Shown here: piece after piece, positions 1-12,314 of the stretch
How positions within the stretch are numbered: position 1 is the stretch's first letter
How the letters are laid out: every line of letters starts with the position of its first letter
Origin: Flectonema sp. DT1601
Lineage: Eukaryota
Direction: 5' to 3'
DNA length: 64,000 bases
NCBI GenBank assembly: GCA_964019425.1
Contig: OZ025789.1
Coordinates: forward strand, 1,116,001 to 1,180,000
Notes under the pieces: model-generated
What the model was told of the DNA's origin: nothing
The model's database searches: none
The model's input: the letters and a program-made list of their open reading frames with translations, nothing else
Position numbers and translations under genes: made by a program

Positions 1-3000
1 TCTGTGAGCAGAATGGTAGTTGTACCTGTCCAGTTGAGTATCTAGGTCTGCAATGCGAGGCAAAGCGGTATTGCTCAAAGAATTCGTATGTAGTTCTCTT
101 TAATTTCATATGTTTGTCACATTTTTTCTAGAACACTTAGCTCGACTTAGTTTTTTACATGCTGTAGATCAATAATATGTAACATATCCAAACAACACAG
201 AATCTCTACAGTGAGATTTGGTACGTTCACGATTCCGTTGACCGACTTTCCACGTCCCGAGAGAATTGAGTTTGTGGTCGGGGGAGTGACTGGCGGACTC
301 TCATTTACGTACGCGTTGAAGTTTGGGAATACGGATCTGTTTCGCTTACAGAAGACTTGTGTAGACCACTCACGAGTTTGCAAGTGGACTATGAATCAAA
401 TCCCGATAACATATAACGGAGAACCGATTACGTACACCAATACTCATGATGTTGTAATTATTACGATGCAATACCAGACTCCTTCCAGACCTCTAATGGG
501 TCTCCATATCAATGGGAGAATTCATTACGCAGGGAACCTTCCTACCGGAACGCCGGAGATCACCTCACCACTGACCGATAGTTATTTCAGCGGACCAGAG
601 GTTAGAAGCATTGCTCACCTGTGTTATGGGTATGCTTCGATGATTGGGTCTTCTCTCGATCGAAATCAACAGGCAACGATCAACACTGGCCCTGCGGTAA
701 TTCGCTTGACATTGGTCGAGAACAGGCATCACAGGGCGGGGTTCACCGAAGCTGACTTTCCAGGTGTGCTTGCGTCAATCAAGGGCAGCACCCGTGACTG
801 GCATCGGGAAGCTGAAACGATTGTTGGAGGGGGGGTCGTTGAGTTACATAGCAGTAAGCAATACTTGCATGTGAGACTGCAAAAACCGCTGTCGCTTTAC
901 GCTCCGCAAATGAATGAATACATTCAGATCGAGTCGCAACCTATTGCTGGATTGGTATCGACGCCGATGTCAACAATGTGGATGACGATTCCGGGAACTT
1001 GTCCGCGTGATGTCCAGATGGCATCTTCGTTGACATTGTATGCTGCATCGACAATTGGTCCTGTCGGGGCGTGGACGGTGATCGAGTTTGATTACGTGTC
1101 GGGGCGCAGTGTGGCTCAGTTCGAGGTGGAGGTTGGTTTCTCTATCTTTTCAATGGTCAAGTGGAGATTGGCTTTTTCCAAGTTCGGTGTTATCTCCGTG
1201 TTTTATGAAGGTGCTGGGGCAGCAGTTTTCAGCCCTGGGGTTGGACGCACTGTGCACATCAAACTCCAAATGGACTACGAGGGGGAGAAGTTCGTCTTAC
1301 ATGCGTTGGGGGAAACCCATGAGTATGCCTTTCCTGCGGTTGCTCCTGGTGGGGTAAAGGTGAATCGAGTTGTGAAGTCACAATGGTATGGAGGAAGTAT
1401 TGTAATTGATGACACTGGTCCCCGAACGATTGAGTCGAGGACTGAATTCACGGACATGTTCTACCGATGCCCTCATCAGGAACCTTATGTAAGAATGGAA
1501 CCATCAGTTCCTGTTTTGGACCAACCGCTCACACTCCACATCACCGAGGGTACGACGCCGCTATCGGTGAAGGATCGCGTTGTTGTGACAACCAAGATGG
1601 ACTGTTCGACTCTCACTACTCAAGAGATATTGGATGGATACTCAATTGTGATTCAATATAGAACCCCTTACCAGACACAGGTCACTATCCCTGCAAACAC
1701 TTTGTCCGACGGACAGGTGTACCATCTGTGCTGGTTCTCTGATCAAAAGGGATTTGGTGACCTGCAGCTGGGTGTGTATACTCGACTGGAGTTATTTAGA
1801 ATATTAACTGGGGTTACGGCTGTTCCGACTGCCGTGCCGACTGCCGTGCCAACTGCCGTGCCAACCGCCGCACCGATCGCCATTCCTACGACTGCGGTGC
1901 CTACCGCCGTGCCAACCGTCGCACCGACCGCGGTTCCGACAGCAGCACCGACACCGAGTGTCTGCTACGGAAAAACCGCTCCGGAGGTGTGCACTTTCGG
2001 TAGAGGTACCTGCGAGCAGAACGGCGGTTGTTCTTGTCCGGTTGAGTATTCGGGTCTTCAGTGTGAAGCCAAACAATATTGCACAAAGAATTCGTATGTA
2101 TCTTCATTTTTGTACCCCATAGTGCTGTAGATCAATAATATGTAACATATCCAAACAACACAGAATCTCTACAGTGAGATTTGGTACGTTCACGATTCCG
2201 TTGACCGACTTTCCACGTCCCGAGAGAATTGAGTTTGTGGTCGGGGGAGTGACTGGCGGACTCTCATTTACGTACGCGTTGAAGTTTGGGAATACGGATC
2301 TGTTTCGCTTACAGAAGACTTGTGTAGACCACTCACGAGTTTGCAAGTGGACTATGAATCAAATCCCGATAACATATAACGGAGAACCGATTACGTACAC
2401 CAATACTCATGATGTTGTAATTATTACGATGCAATACCAGACTCCTTCCAGACCTCTAATGGGTCTCCATATCAATGGGAGAATTCATTACGCAGGGAAC
2501 CTTCCTACCGGAACGCCGGAGATCACCTCACCACTGACCGATAGTTATTTCAGCGGACCAGAGGTTAGAAGCATTGCTCACCTGTGTTATGGGTATGCTT
2601 CGATGATTGGGTCTTCTCTCGATCGAAATCAACAGGCAACGATCAACACTGGCCCTGCGGTAATTCGCTTGACATTGGTCGAGAACAGGCATCACAGGGC
2701 GGGGTTCACCGAAGCTGACTTTCCAGGTGTGCTTGCGTCAATCAAGGGCAGCACCCGTGACTGGCATCGGGAAGCTGAAACGATTGTTGGAGGGGGGGTC
2801 GTTGAGTTACATAGCAGTAAGCAATACTTGCATGTGAGACTGCAAAAACCGCTGTCGCTTTACGCTCCGCAAATGAATGAATACATTCAGATCGAGTCGC
2901 AACCTATTGCTGGATTGGTATCGACGCCGATGTCAACAATGTGGATGACGATTCCGGGAACTTGTCCGCGTGATGTCCAGATGGCATCTTCGTTGACATT

Positions 3001-6000
3001 GTATGCTGCATCGACAATTGGTCCTGTCGGGGCGTGGACGGTGATCGAGTTTGATTACGTGTCGGGGCGCAGTGTGGCTCAGTTCGAGGTGGAGGTTGGT
3101 TTCTCTATCTTTTCAATGGTCAAGTGGAGATTGGCTTTTTCCAAGTTCGGTGTTATCTCCGTGTTTTATGAAGGTGCTGGGGCAGCAGTTTTCAGCCCTG
3201 GGGTTGGACGCACTGTGCACATCAAACTCCAAATGGACTACGAGGGGGAGAAGTTCGTCTTACATGCGTTGGGGGAAACCCATGAGTATGCCTTTCCTGC
3301 GGTTGCTCCTGGTGGGGTAAAGGTGAATCGAGTTGTGAAGTCACAATGGTATGGAGGAAGTATTGTAATTGATGACACTGGTCCCCGAACGATTGAGTCG
3401 AGGACTGAATTCACGGACATGTTCTACCGATGCCCTCATCAGGAACCTTATGTAAGAATGGAACCATCAGTTCCTGTTTTGGACCAACCGCTCACACTCC
3501 ACATCACCGAGGGTACGACGCCGCTATCGGTGAAGGATCGCGTTGTTGTGACAACCAAGATGGACTGTTCGACTCTCACTACTCAAGAGATATTGGATGG
3601 ATACTCAATTGTGATTCAATATAGAACCCCTTACCAGACACAGGTCACTATCCCTGCAAACACTTTGTCCGACGGACAGGTGTACCATCTGTGCTGGTTC
3701 TCTGATCAAAAGGGATTTGGTGACCTGCAGCTGGGTGTGTATACTCGACTGGAGTTATTTAGAATATTAACTGGAGATACGGCTGTTCCGACTGCCGTGC
3801 CGACTGCCGTGCCGACTGCCGTGCCGACTGCCGTGCCGACTGCGGTGCCGACTGCCGTGCCGACTGCCGTGCCGACTGCCGTGCCGACTGCCGTGCCGAC
3901 TGCGGTGCCGACTGCCGTGCCGACTGCCGTGCCGACTGCCGTGCCGACTGCCGTGCCGACTGCCGTGCCGACTGCCGTGCCGACTGCCGTGCCGACTGCG
4001 GTGCCGACTGCCGTGCCGACTGCGGTGCCGACTGCCGTGCCGACTGCCGTGCCGACTGCGGTGCCGACTGCCGTGCCGACTGCCGTGCCGACTGCCGTGC
4101 CGACTGCCGTGCCGACTGCGGTGCCGACTGCCGTGCCGACTGCCGTGCCGACTGCCGTGCCGACTGCCGTGCCGACTGCCGTGCCGACTGCCGTGCCGAC
4201 TGCCGTGCCAACTGCCGTACCAACCGCAATCCCTACTACCGCGCTGCCAACTGTCGTTCCCACCACTGTGCCTAGAACCGCTGTGCCAACTGCCGTGCCT
4301 ACTGCAGTTCCAACCACCGTGCCTAGAACTGCCGTACCAACCGCAATCCCTACTACCGCTGTGCCCACTGCGGTTCCTGCTACTGTTCGTAGAACTGCTG
4401 TGCCCACTGCAGTTCCTACCACCGTGCCTAGAACTGCTGTGCCAACTGCCGTGCCAACTGCCGTGCCAACTGCCGTGCCAACTGCCGTGCCAACTGCCGT
4501 GCCAACTGCCGTGCCAACTGCCGTGCCAACCGCAATCCCTACTACCGCTGTGCCCACTGCGGTTCCTGCTACTGTTCGTAGAACTGCTGTGCCTACAGCA
4601 GTTCCTACCACCGTGCCTAGAACTGCTGTGCCTACTGCCGTGCCAACTGCCGTGCCAACTGTTGTTCCTACCACCGTGCCTAGAACTGCCGTACCAACCG
4701 CAATCCCTACTACCGCTGTGCCCACTGCGGTTCCTGCTACTGTTCGTAGAACTGCTGTGCCTACTGCAGTTCCTACCACCGTGCCTAGAACCGCTGTGCC
4801 TACTGCCGTGCCAACTGCCGTGCCAACTGCCGTGCCAACTGCCGTGCCAACTGCCGTGCCAACTGCCGTGCCAACTGCCGTGCCAACTGCCGTGCCAACT
4901 GCCGTGCCAACTGTTGTTCCTACCACCGTGCCTAGAACTGCCGTACCAACCGCAATCCCTACTACCGCTGTGCCCACTGCGGTTCCTGCTACTGTTCGTA
5001 GAACTGCTGTGCCTACTGCAGTTCCTACCACCGTGCCTAGAACCGCTGTGCCTACTGCCGTGCCAACTGCCGTGCCAACTGCCGTGCCAACTGCCGTGCC
5101 AACTGCCGTGCCAACTGCCGTGCCAACTGCCGTGCCAACTGCCGTGCCGACTGTTGTTCCTACCACCGTGCCTAGAACTGCCGTGCCTACCGCCGTGCCT
5201 GGAACCGCCGTACCAACCGCAATCCCTACTACCGCTGTGCCCACTGCGGTTCCTACTACTGTTCGTAGAACTGCTGTGCCTACAGCAGTTCCTACCACCG
5301 TGCCTAGAACTGCCGTGCCAACCGCCATACCAACCGCCATACCAACTGCAATCCCTACTGCTGTGCCCACTGCAGTTCCAACCGCGGTGCCCACTGCAGT
5401 TCCAACCGCGGTGCCCACTGCAGTTCCAACCGCGGTGCCCACTGCAGTTCCAACCGCGGTGCCCACTGCAGTTCCAACCGCGGTGCCCACTGCAGTTCCA
5501 ACCGCGGTGCCGACCACTGGACGGAATCAAATATTTTCAACATTTAGACTGGGAGATATTGTGAATGTTGGGGAACTCCAAAGTGCCATCCCGGAGCTGC
5601 TGACTCGAATCGAAGGAACGGTTGGGGCAGTTGTTGTTTGTGTCGATGTTATTGCTATGGAATTTTTAAATAATGAATGGGTCAGCAGGGGATCTGTTGG
5701 ATGTCCGGCAACAATAACTGACCGAAAGGCTCTCGTGTTGCAGGGAAGTGGCACAGCAGCTTTTGAAGTGAGGACGCAGTTTGCAACAGAGCAGTCGCTT
5801 GTAACTGTCTTAGATATTCTGGGAAAAGATGCCGCCTCGATTGTTGAAGGGGTCGGTACTCTTCTGTCGCTCAGTGTGGTTCAAGAGACTGTAGCACCGC
5901 AAACTTATAATCCTGCAGGTGTTGATGATGAAGATACTTCTCTCATTATCGGGCTGACCCTTGCAGGTGTTGCAATTTGTGTGTTAGTTATTGGTGTGAT

Positions 6001-6103
6001 TATCTACTTCACACAATACGCTAAAAGATCAACCAGCATCACAAATACCAAGTCGGGTGATACGTTTCCTGATTCTGATGATCATAGAAATACTGTGGTG
6101 TAG
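1..6103 (+). CDS. 5'-truncated multi-exon type I membrane protein: repeated [EGF-like + ~545 aa module] units, PTAV mucin stalk, C-terminal TM. Exons <1..85, 168..2093, 2131..6103
   Basis: Introns 86-167 and 2094-2130 (GTATGT...GCTGTAG) join ORFs 211 and 2174 and the upstream EGF-like exon (CEQNGSCTCPVEYLGLQCE) in frame. Hydrophobic segment LIIGLTLAGVAICVLVIGVIIYF lies near the C-terminus. Confidence 0.8.
160..3774 (+). repeat. Internal exon duplication: 160..1811 = 2123..3774 (offset 1963)
   Basis: Translations are identical, and no nucleotide difference was seen by eye over ~1.65 kb. Confidence 0.95.
3781..5515 (+). repeat. Coding minisatellite encoding (PTAV)n with higher-order variants
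   Basis: 12-bp CCGACTGCCGTG tandem at ~3788-4209, then CCAACTGCCGTG runs with recurring ~100-bp blocks, then a 24-bp unit CCCACTGCAGTTCCAACCGCGGTG at ~5365-5510. Confidence 0.97.
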
Positions 6104-7444
6104 TCGTCATCTGCAGGTATTGTTTTACATTATCACATTTTACATTTTTCTTTTTTTATATTTTTTAATCACAAAACACTTTCCAAGACGTTTTATTCAT
6201 TGTACGTGGCCGGTTTTTTCCTAACCTATGAGCTTGGCTCTCTCAAATCTCATTGAGAAGTTGTACGTGAATAAATAATTTGATTGTAGTTGTAATTTCA
6301 GTCGTCTTCCATTCATTTTTGTTGTTTCCGTATTCTTTACCATGACGGCAATTCACACCCACTGGCATCACATTAGACAGGCATTGCAACTTATTTATTT
6401 ATTTGAAAAAAATATGAATTTTTTTTTCTTTCTCTTCGTCGTATTAGGCTTCGAAATAAAAAGAATTCCTTCAAGTATTGTGAGTTTTGTCGTTTTTAGA
6501 TCTCAAAGGTGTGGAAGAGCTGATTATTTTTAGTTATGTTTTGTGTCCATTCTCCCATTAATTTTTTTTTGTATGTGTTCTGAGATTTCTATATGTAAGG
6601 CATGAAAAATATCCGTTATATTAATTCAACAACAACAACAACAACCAACTAAATTGCTACCAAATCACATGGATAGGAAGAACAGGTTCCTCCCACTGGG
6701 TAAGTCCCTCGAGGATCGTTTTCCTGTTGGTGTGTTACGGATGGCTTTGTTGGAAACGGGATTTACTTTGAACATCATACGTCGTCGTGAAGACTCGTCG
6801 TACTCTTTTTCTTGTTTATAAGTTTATTATTCGTCCGGTTTACGGGCAGAACAACTTTAAAAGTTACCACCTGATTGATGCGGTGACTTTTCTTTTATTC
6901 GCATTTTCCCCTTTCTCACCACCCACCCCAAATAAACATAAAAGCATTCGAACTTTGCTTTACCAACACTCGTGTGGTTGTATTGCAACAAAAGGTTGCT
7001 TTTTATGTTCTTTTTTATTGCGTGGGGAGGTTATTGTCTTACTGTCCTTAGCGTACCACACTGAATCAGGTGTGGACAAGTGGATTGTTTTGGCTTCAAT
7101 TCCCTCCCCACATGATAATTCCGACAAATATCTCTTAAAACATGCTTCTAAATTGACTAATTTGGTCGCAACTAACTCCCGTTATGTATCCTTTCTATTC
7201 GTCCAAGGACATCTTTTGGACACGTTCCCATCACTTGCTCTTATACTGTATCTATAATGCCTTTATGGTTATAGTAGTCAATCTTTAGTATTGGTTTTTA
7301 TTATTTGTTGTTATTTATTAATTTATTCAACAGGTATCGTATTGTTATCAGTGGGTTAAAGAGATGATGTGCGGAACTGTGTTTTCACTTTGTAATGATT
7401 TATTTTGAACACCCCACTCAGGCTACTTCAGTTTATCATCAAAA

Positions 7445-7843
7445 ATGACCGATATCATTGACCAGAAGAGATCCGTCCTCGTCGCCCTCACCAAGCCGGG
7501 ATGTGTTTGTGACCACAACGACAACTTGGAGGCCGCTCAGGCTATCACCCAGGCCAGGTTTGCGCTTTTCAAGGCGGATTCAAAGGTCCACCCAGCAAGC
7601 TACCCTCCACCACCTGCCGGAGATGGTTCCGAGATCTTTGCCGCCGCTGATGAGGCCGGAGAAGGTACCTTAACCTTTAAGGAGGTCGCGAAGTACCTCG
7701 GACGTAACATGTCCCTTCAGCACCGTCTGAGAGAGGGATGGGAGTCATTCTTCAGTCAGTTTGACACCGAGAACGTGAAGGACCTCGACAAGGCGCAATT
7801 CATGGCCATCTGGCAGAAGGCTGCCGCCCTCCGTAAGGACTAA
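7445..7843 (+). CDS. Small EF-hand-like protein
   Basis: FAAADEAGEGTLTFKEV and FDTENVKDLDKAQF resemble a pair of EF-hand loops. Codon usage is GC3-rich. Confidence 0.7.
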   Translation: MTDIIDQKRSVLVALTKPGCVCDHNDNLEAAQAITQARFALFKADSKVHPASYPPPPAGDGSEIFAAADEAGEGTLTFKEVAKYLGRNMSLQHRLREGWESFFSQFDTENVKDLDKAQFMAIWQKAAALRKD

Positions 7844-8223
7844 AAACCTGGTTTCTCACCTCCGATGTGACGTGACGGGAGTAGTTTCTTTTTTTTAAAA
7901 ACAAAAATGAGAAAAAACCAACAAAAAAAAAAAGAAATGAGAGAAATCAGCCTTTTTTTATTTTTTCTGAAAAAAAGGAAAAAAAAAAAAAAAAAAAAAA
8001 AAGAGAGGGAGGCTGGAGGAGAAAAAAAAAAAAAAAAAAGACTTTTTGAGTGTCGCCACTTGAACAAGTGAGTTCAGAGAAAGTCTACTTTTAGTTAAAA
8101 CATTTTTAACAGGTTCCAACAATGTTCTATATTAAATACATTACCCTGATTGTCAATAAATGAGTTCTTTTTTTTTTTTAAAATAAAAAGATGTCTCTAC
8201 AGGTGAGCAAGACTAACTAAACG

Positions 8224-9021
8224 ATGAGATTACCACTCACATTATTAACTATTTTACTATGTAATGCTCAAACAACAACAGACACAACTGGTGGTGCAAC
8301 CGGAACTGTTATGAGCCAAGGGTTTGGAGGTGTTCAATTAGGTGGTGGTCAGTTATCTGAATCAGAATGTCAGGCGCTTCGATCAGCTAATGACATAAAG
8401 GAAGTAGCAGACATATTACCTTGTGAATGTCGTTATTATAGTAAACAAGCAGTTTCTTGTCATCCTAATTGCTGTCCTCGTGGTTCTTACGATGGTCATG
8501 ATCGATGTCATTTATCAAATGAATTCGATTGGACTGTTTACGAACAAACAGTCTGCAGACCACCAACAACTCAAGAAAACTATCCAGGTGATGGAGCTTG
8601 TCTTTATAATGGAGGTAATCCTTTCAATTCTGAGGGGTCGGTTGATGCCGACGGTCGGATTTCAATTAGTTTTGTGTTGAGTAAGAAACCAGAACATCGA
8701 TGTGACGACTTAGTGTTATCTACTTGTTATTCTGAAGATCCTGGTCAGGCCGCATCATTTAGGTTTACGACACCCACGGGACAAATCTGCTGGCAGCATT
8801 GCCCTCCAAAACCGTATGCTGCTTGCACGTCTGATGAATGTTTTTTTAGAAGAGGTCGGACCCATCCATTTGTGAGAAAATGGTCAGTACCATCTCTTCC
8901 AACGGGAGAATCTTATTTATTGTCTTGTGTTGTAACTGCTGTCACTGAATCAACCTTCGCTACGACCTCACAAGTAAACCAAACACAATATCTGCCTGCT
9001 GCTTTTTATCTTCAACCATAG
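8224..9021 (+). CDS. Secreted cysteine-rich hypothetical protein
   Basis: 265-aa ORF with a signal-peptide-like N-terminus and many cysteines. Confidence 0.75.
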   Translation: MRLPLTLLTILLCNAQTTTDTTGGATGTVMSQGFGGVQLGGGQLSESECQALRSANDIKEVADILPCECRYYSKQAVSCHPNCCPRGSYDGHDRCHLSNEFDWTVYEQTVCRPPTTQENYPGDGACLYNGGNPFNSEGSVDADGRISISFVLSKKPEHRCDDLVLSTCYSEDPGQAASFRFTTPTGQICWQHCPPKPYAACTSDECFFRRGRTHPFVRKWSVPSLPTGESYLLSCVVTAVTESTFATTSQVNQTQYLPAAFYLQP

Positions 9022-9197
9022 CTCCCGTTTTATTCTGTTTAATAATTACCTCCGGTTCTATCCTTTTTGCTTCCTCCTTTTCTTTCTTTTTATTACGTTT
9101 TCTTTTACAGCACAAGTAACTATTAAAACACCATCAGATATTTGTGTTGGATGTTAAGAAAAGTGAATGAATTATTTTATTGTTATAAAAGTGAAAT

Positions 9198-11642
9198 ATG
9201 GATCGAGAACCTCTGGAGCATGCGACAGGGAATGGGATGGCATTTGGCGAAGTGAGTGAAGACGAGTGTGATATACAAGAACCTTCAAGTCCTCACGTGT
9301 CATCTTCAACATTGGGTAAACTGCGGTCAATGTTGTGCCCACAAGTTGGAGGTGTCCAAACGCATGAGTTGGAATCACTCGTTGAAGGCGGTGGAACTGA
9401 CTCTCTCGCTGATGAAAGACGCCGCCCCAAACATCGCAAAACCCGAAATTACATCAAAGCCGGAGTAGCTATTGTGATCGTCTCTCTTATTGTCTACACA
9501 ATCATTGCTATTTCAATATTATATACTGCCGGGAAGAAGATTAAAGTTGACTACAGGGGTGGACTGAAACTAGACCTGACATGCGATTCCGATCAGCAGA
9601 TCTTAGCTCTGATTGAGTTTACGAATATTCCATCACTTGGACTGGCTGTTGATGAACCGAAATTAAAATTCAACGATTGGGGAGTGTTGGTACCAAACTC
9701 TTCAATCGAAGTTAGGAACGGTACTTTTGGCGTCTCAGGAATTATGACTGTCCCGAATGAAGGATCGCTCTCAACCTTCCTAACTCATTACATCGGATGG
9801 AGGCTTAATAATACTGACATTCAACCAACAATTGATGTTGGGATTAGTGGTATGCTCGTTACTTCGTTGTTCCCATTCAGAATTCCTTTTTCAGTCAGTA
9901 ATCTGGTAGCAGCACCAAGAACTGATACTTCATTCGTACCGACCTCATTAGACGCGGTACAAGATGATTTAAATATTAACATCAACATGAACTGTACTAG
10001 TGATGGTTTACACGCGTGGCATCACGCTTTTGATTTGGGATTTGTTTCTCCAGACTTACAAATAGAGGCTACCACTGGGTATTATGAAAATAGTGCCCAG
10101 CAGACATTAGTTGTTCAGAACATTGAAAATGGAACTGGTTTTGGACTTGCGAACGCTCTAAACACGCTCGCCACTCCAACTATCCTCCCGTCAGAAGTTA
10201 TCAACATTACTGGTCTTCCTGGTCCATGTTTAGCAAATCGTATTATGTCAAAAGTTGACATTCGTGTTCGTTATGAATTTATCAAAGCAGCTTTGCAGAA
10301 GCAATTGAACTCTTCGACACCTGATGAATCATCCATGACGGTGTCGATGGTGAAAACGACGATTAGAAATAGTCGTCCAACGGGAATCGATCTGGACGTG
10401 ACTTTAGAGACTGAATATATGATGCCTGTTAGGGTGAGTGGGTTGGGTAGTTCGGAATTCAGAAGCTCTGATGGGAGTGTGTCGAAGATGACAATTTTAA
10501 AAAATATTTCTAATTCGGAGATCGGAGTTGGAATAGATTTTAATTCGGAAATTTTTTCAACTAATATCGCAACACCATTCTTTAACACTTTATCGATACC
10601 TCCTATTGATGGTGGTCTTTGTCTACTTGGAGAGAATACCACCTGGATGGGTACTTTTATAAATGGCCTTCATGATGATCACAGATGCATTACAAACTTC
10701 ACATCCATTTCAGTTTCTCCTGGCTTCTCACTCTGGCAAGCACTCCTCCATCCACAACGTTACATACCTTTAATGAGAACCAACGCTTTATTATCACTCA
10801 CAGACAGACACATTGATTTTGTTGGTTCTAATTTTGCAAATTACAAGACGGTTCAAATGCTTGTGCCTGGCTCGGCAATTCAAATCTATCCCTTGGAAAT
10901 AAAAGATGCACTTCCGAACATTGAGATTTTCGGAGACAAAAAAATATCAGCGGTCACGACGGGTGAGCTGTTCGATTCCCGGGTAGAGAGTTTTTTAGAC
11001 GATGTTATGCTTTATGTTGATGTTAATTTTACTAAATTAAATGGATTTGGAAAAATACTTGTTGGTGGTGGAGGTGTTTCAAATGTAACGATTTTTGTAT
11101 CAAATTGGGAGATAGACGTACCAATGCACATTGAGCAGTGGAAAGGATTATTTTCACTTGAAAAAACCGATGAGGGAGATGAGCAAATCATTGCTGAGAA
11201 TCCGTTTCCTGTTTCGTTTTATTTAGAAGGTGGACAGGAACTTGTTCTTGACGACTTTCTTTATGGAATGCTTCCCAACGAAGGTATTGATATCCCAATG
11301 CACACACAAAATGATAACATTGACGGTTCTTTTAATATTACTGCGGTGGTAATTCCATTCACTTCATTAAACAACACGATTCCATCTGAACAAACAAAAG
11401 TAACTCTTTCTTGTCGTAAATATCATTCGAAACCGAGTGACTCATCTTCTATCTGTCCAGATGATCCTGACCGTAAGTGTACTGAAGATGGTGTTGATGA
11501 GATCTGTTTCTTTAAACAATCTGATGCATGTGAGTTGGACATAAGCAGTCCGATATTAATTTACGATGTGTGTCCCCAGGAATGTGTTTGGTGTCAGCTC
11601 TCCTCTGACACTAAAAACGGTGTTTCTGTTCGATTGCCGTAG
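9198..11642 (+). CDS. Hypothetical type II membrane protein with Cys-rich C-terminus
   Basis: 814-aa ORF with a single TM segment near aa 88-110 and many NxS/T sequons. Confidence 0.8.
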   Translation: MDREPLEHATGNGMAFGEVSEDECDIQEPSSPHVSSSTLGKLRSMLCPQVGGVQTHELESLVEGGGTDSLADERRRPKHRKTRNYIKAGVAIVIVSLIVYTIIAISILYTAGKKIKVDYRGGLKLDLTCDSDQQILALIEFTNIPSLGLAVDEPKLKFNDWGVLVPNSSIEVRNGTFGVSGIMTVPNEGSLSTFLTHYIGWRLNNTDIQPTIDVGISGMLVTSLFPFRIPFSVSNLVAAPRTDTSFVPTSLDAVQDDLNININMNCTSDGLHAWHHAFDLGFVSPDLQIEATTGYYENSAQQTLVVQNIENGTGFGLANALNTLATPTILPSEVINITGLPGPCLANRIMSKVDIRVRYEFIKAALQKQLNSSTPDESSMTVSMVKTTIRNSRPTGIDLDVTLETEYMMPVRVSGLGSSEFRSSDGSVSKMTILKNISNSEIGVGIDFNSEIFSTNIATPFFNTLSIPPIDGGLCLLGENTTWMGTFINGLHDDHRCITNFTSISVSPGFSLWQALLHPQRYIPLMRTNALLSLTDRHIDFVGSNFANYKTVQMLVPGSAIQIYPLEIKDALPNIEIFGDKKISAVTTGELFDSRVESFLDDVMLYVDVNFTKLNGFGKILVGGGGVSNVTIFVSNWEIDVPMHIEQWKGLFSLEKTDEGDEQIIAENPFPVSFYLEGGQELVLDDFLYGMLPNEGIDIPMHTQNDNIDGSFNITAVVIPFTSLNNTIPSEQTKVTLSCRKYHSKPSDSSSICPDDPDRKCTEDGVDEICFFKQSDACELDISSPILIYDVCPQECVWCQLSSDTKNGVSVRLP

Positions 11643-12314
11643 TTTAAACTTTTTTTTTTTTACTTGCTGACCATTTAACTTAAAATTTTTTTGTGGTACA
11701 GAATATGTGCTTCGTTTAAACTTGCAATTATTTTTGTAATTTAATAATTTTTTTCCGATTTCAGTTTTCGATAGAAATATCATTCAAGATAACAATTTAA
11801 AATTACCCTTATGGGAGGATAATACTCCAATCCATAAGTGGTAACATACAACTGGTAGCGCTTGTTAAGTATTTTTTTTTTGTGTTGTGTTTTGTTCGAC
11901 TTAGTTATTTGTTATGTTTTTTTTTTGGGTTTAGACTCGTTATCCTAAACGGTCTCAGTAGTAACAAACACTTGTGTCCCTGTTGCAGTGAGTAGAACTG
12001 TTGGAATACTGCTTATCTGATTAGGTTTAGTGTTCTCTTTTATTCATCGAAAAAAGAGTCTTTACTCGTGCGATTTTTCTTTTTTTTTTTTTGTGGGTGT
12101 TTTTTTCCCCTTTTTTTCTAACTTTAAAAAAAAAAAAAGAAAAAGCTGAAATTACTAACTAACTTAGTCCGATTGGAAAAAATAAAAAGGGAAATCTAAT
12201 TTTTTTCTCATAAGGTTTTAAAACAGATGTGCTAAAGGACTTTCTTTCGCTTTTTATTTGTTGTAAATAACTTATTCTTATTTAATAATCCAATCTCAGA
12301 ATTAAATCGATAAG

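Noticed and set aside
3706..5564. Long alternative-frame ORFs (GTAV, RHGS, CQLP, ARQS repeats)
   Set aside because: These are shadows of the stop-free 12-bp coding repeat.
6787..7257. 156-aa ORF
   Set aside because: GTG start, T-rich intergenic composition and no motifs.
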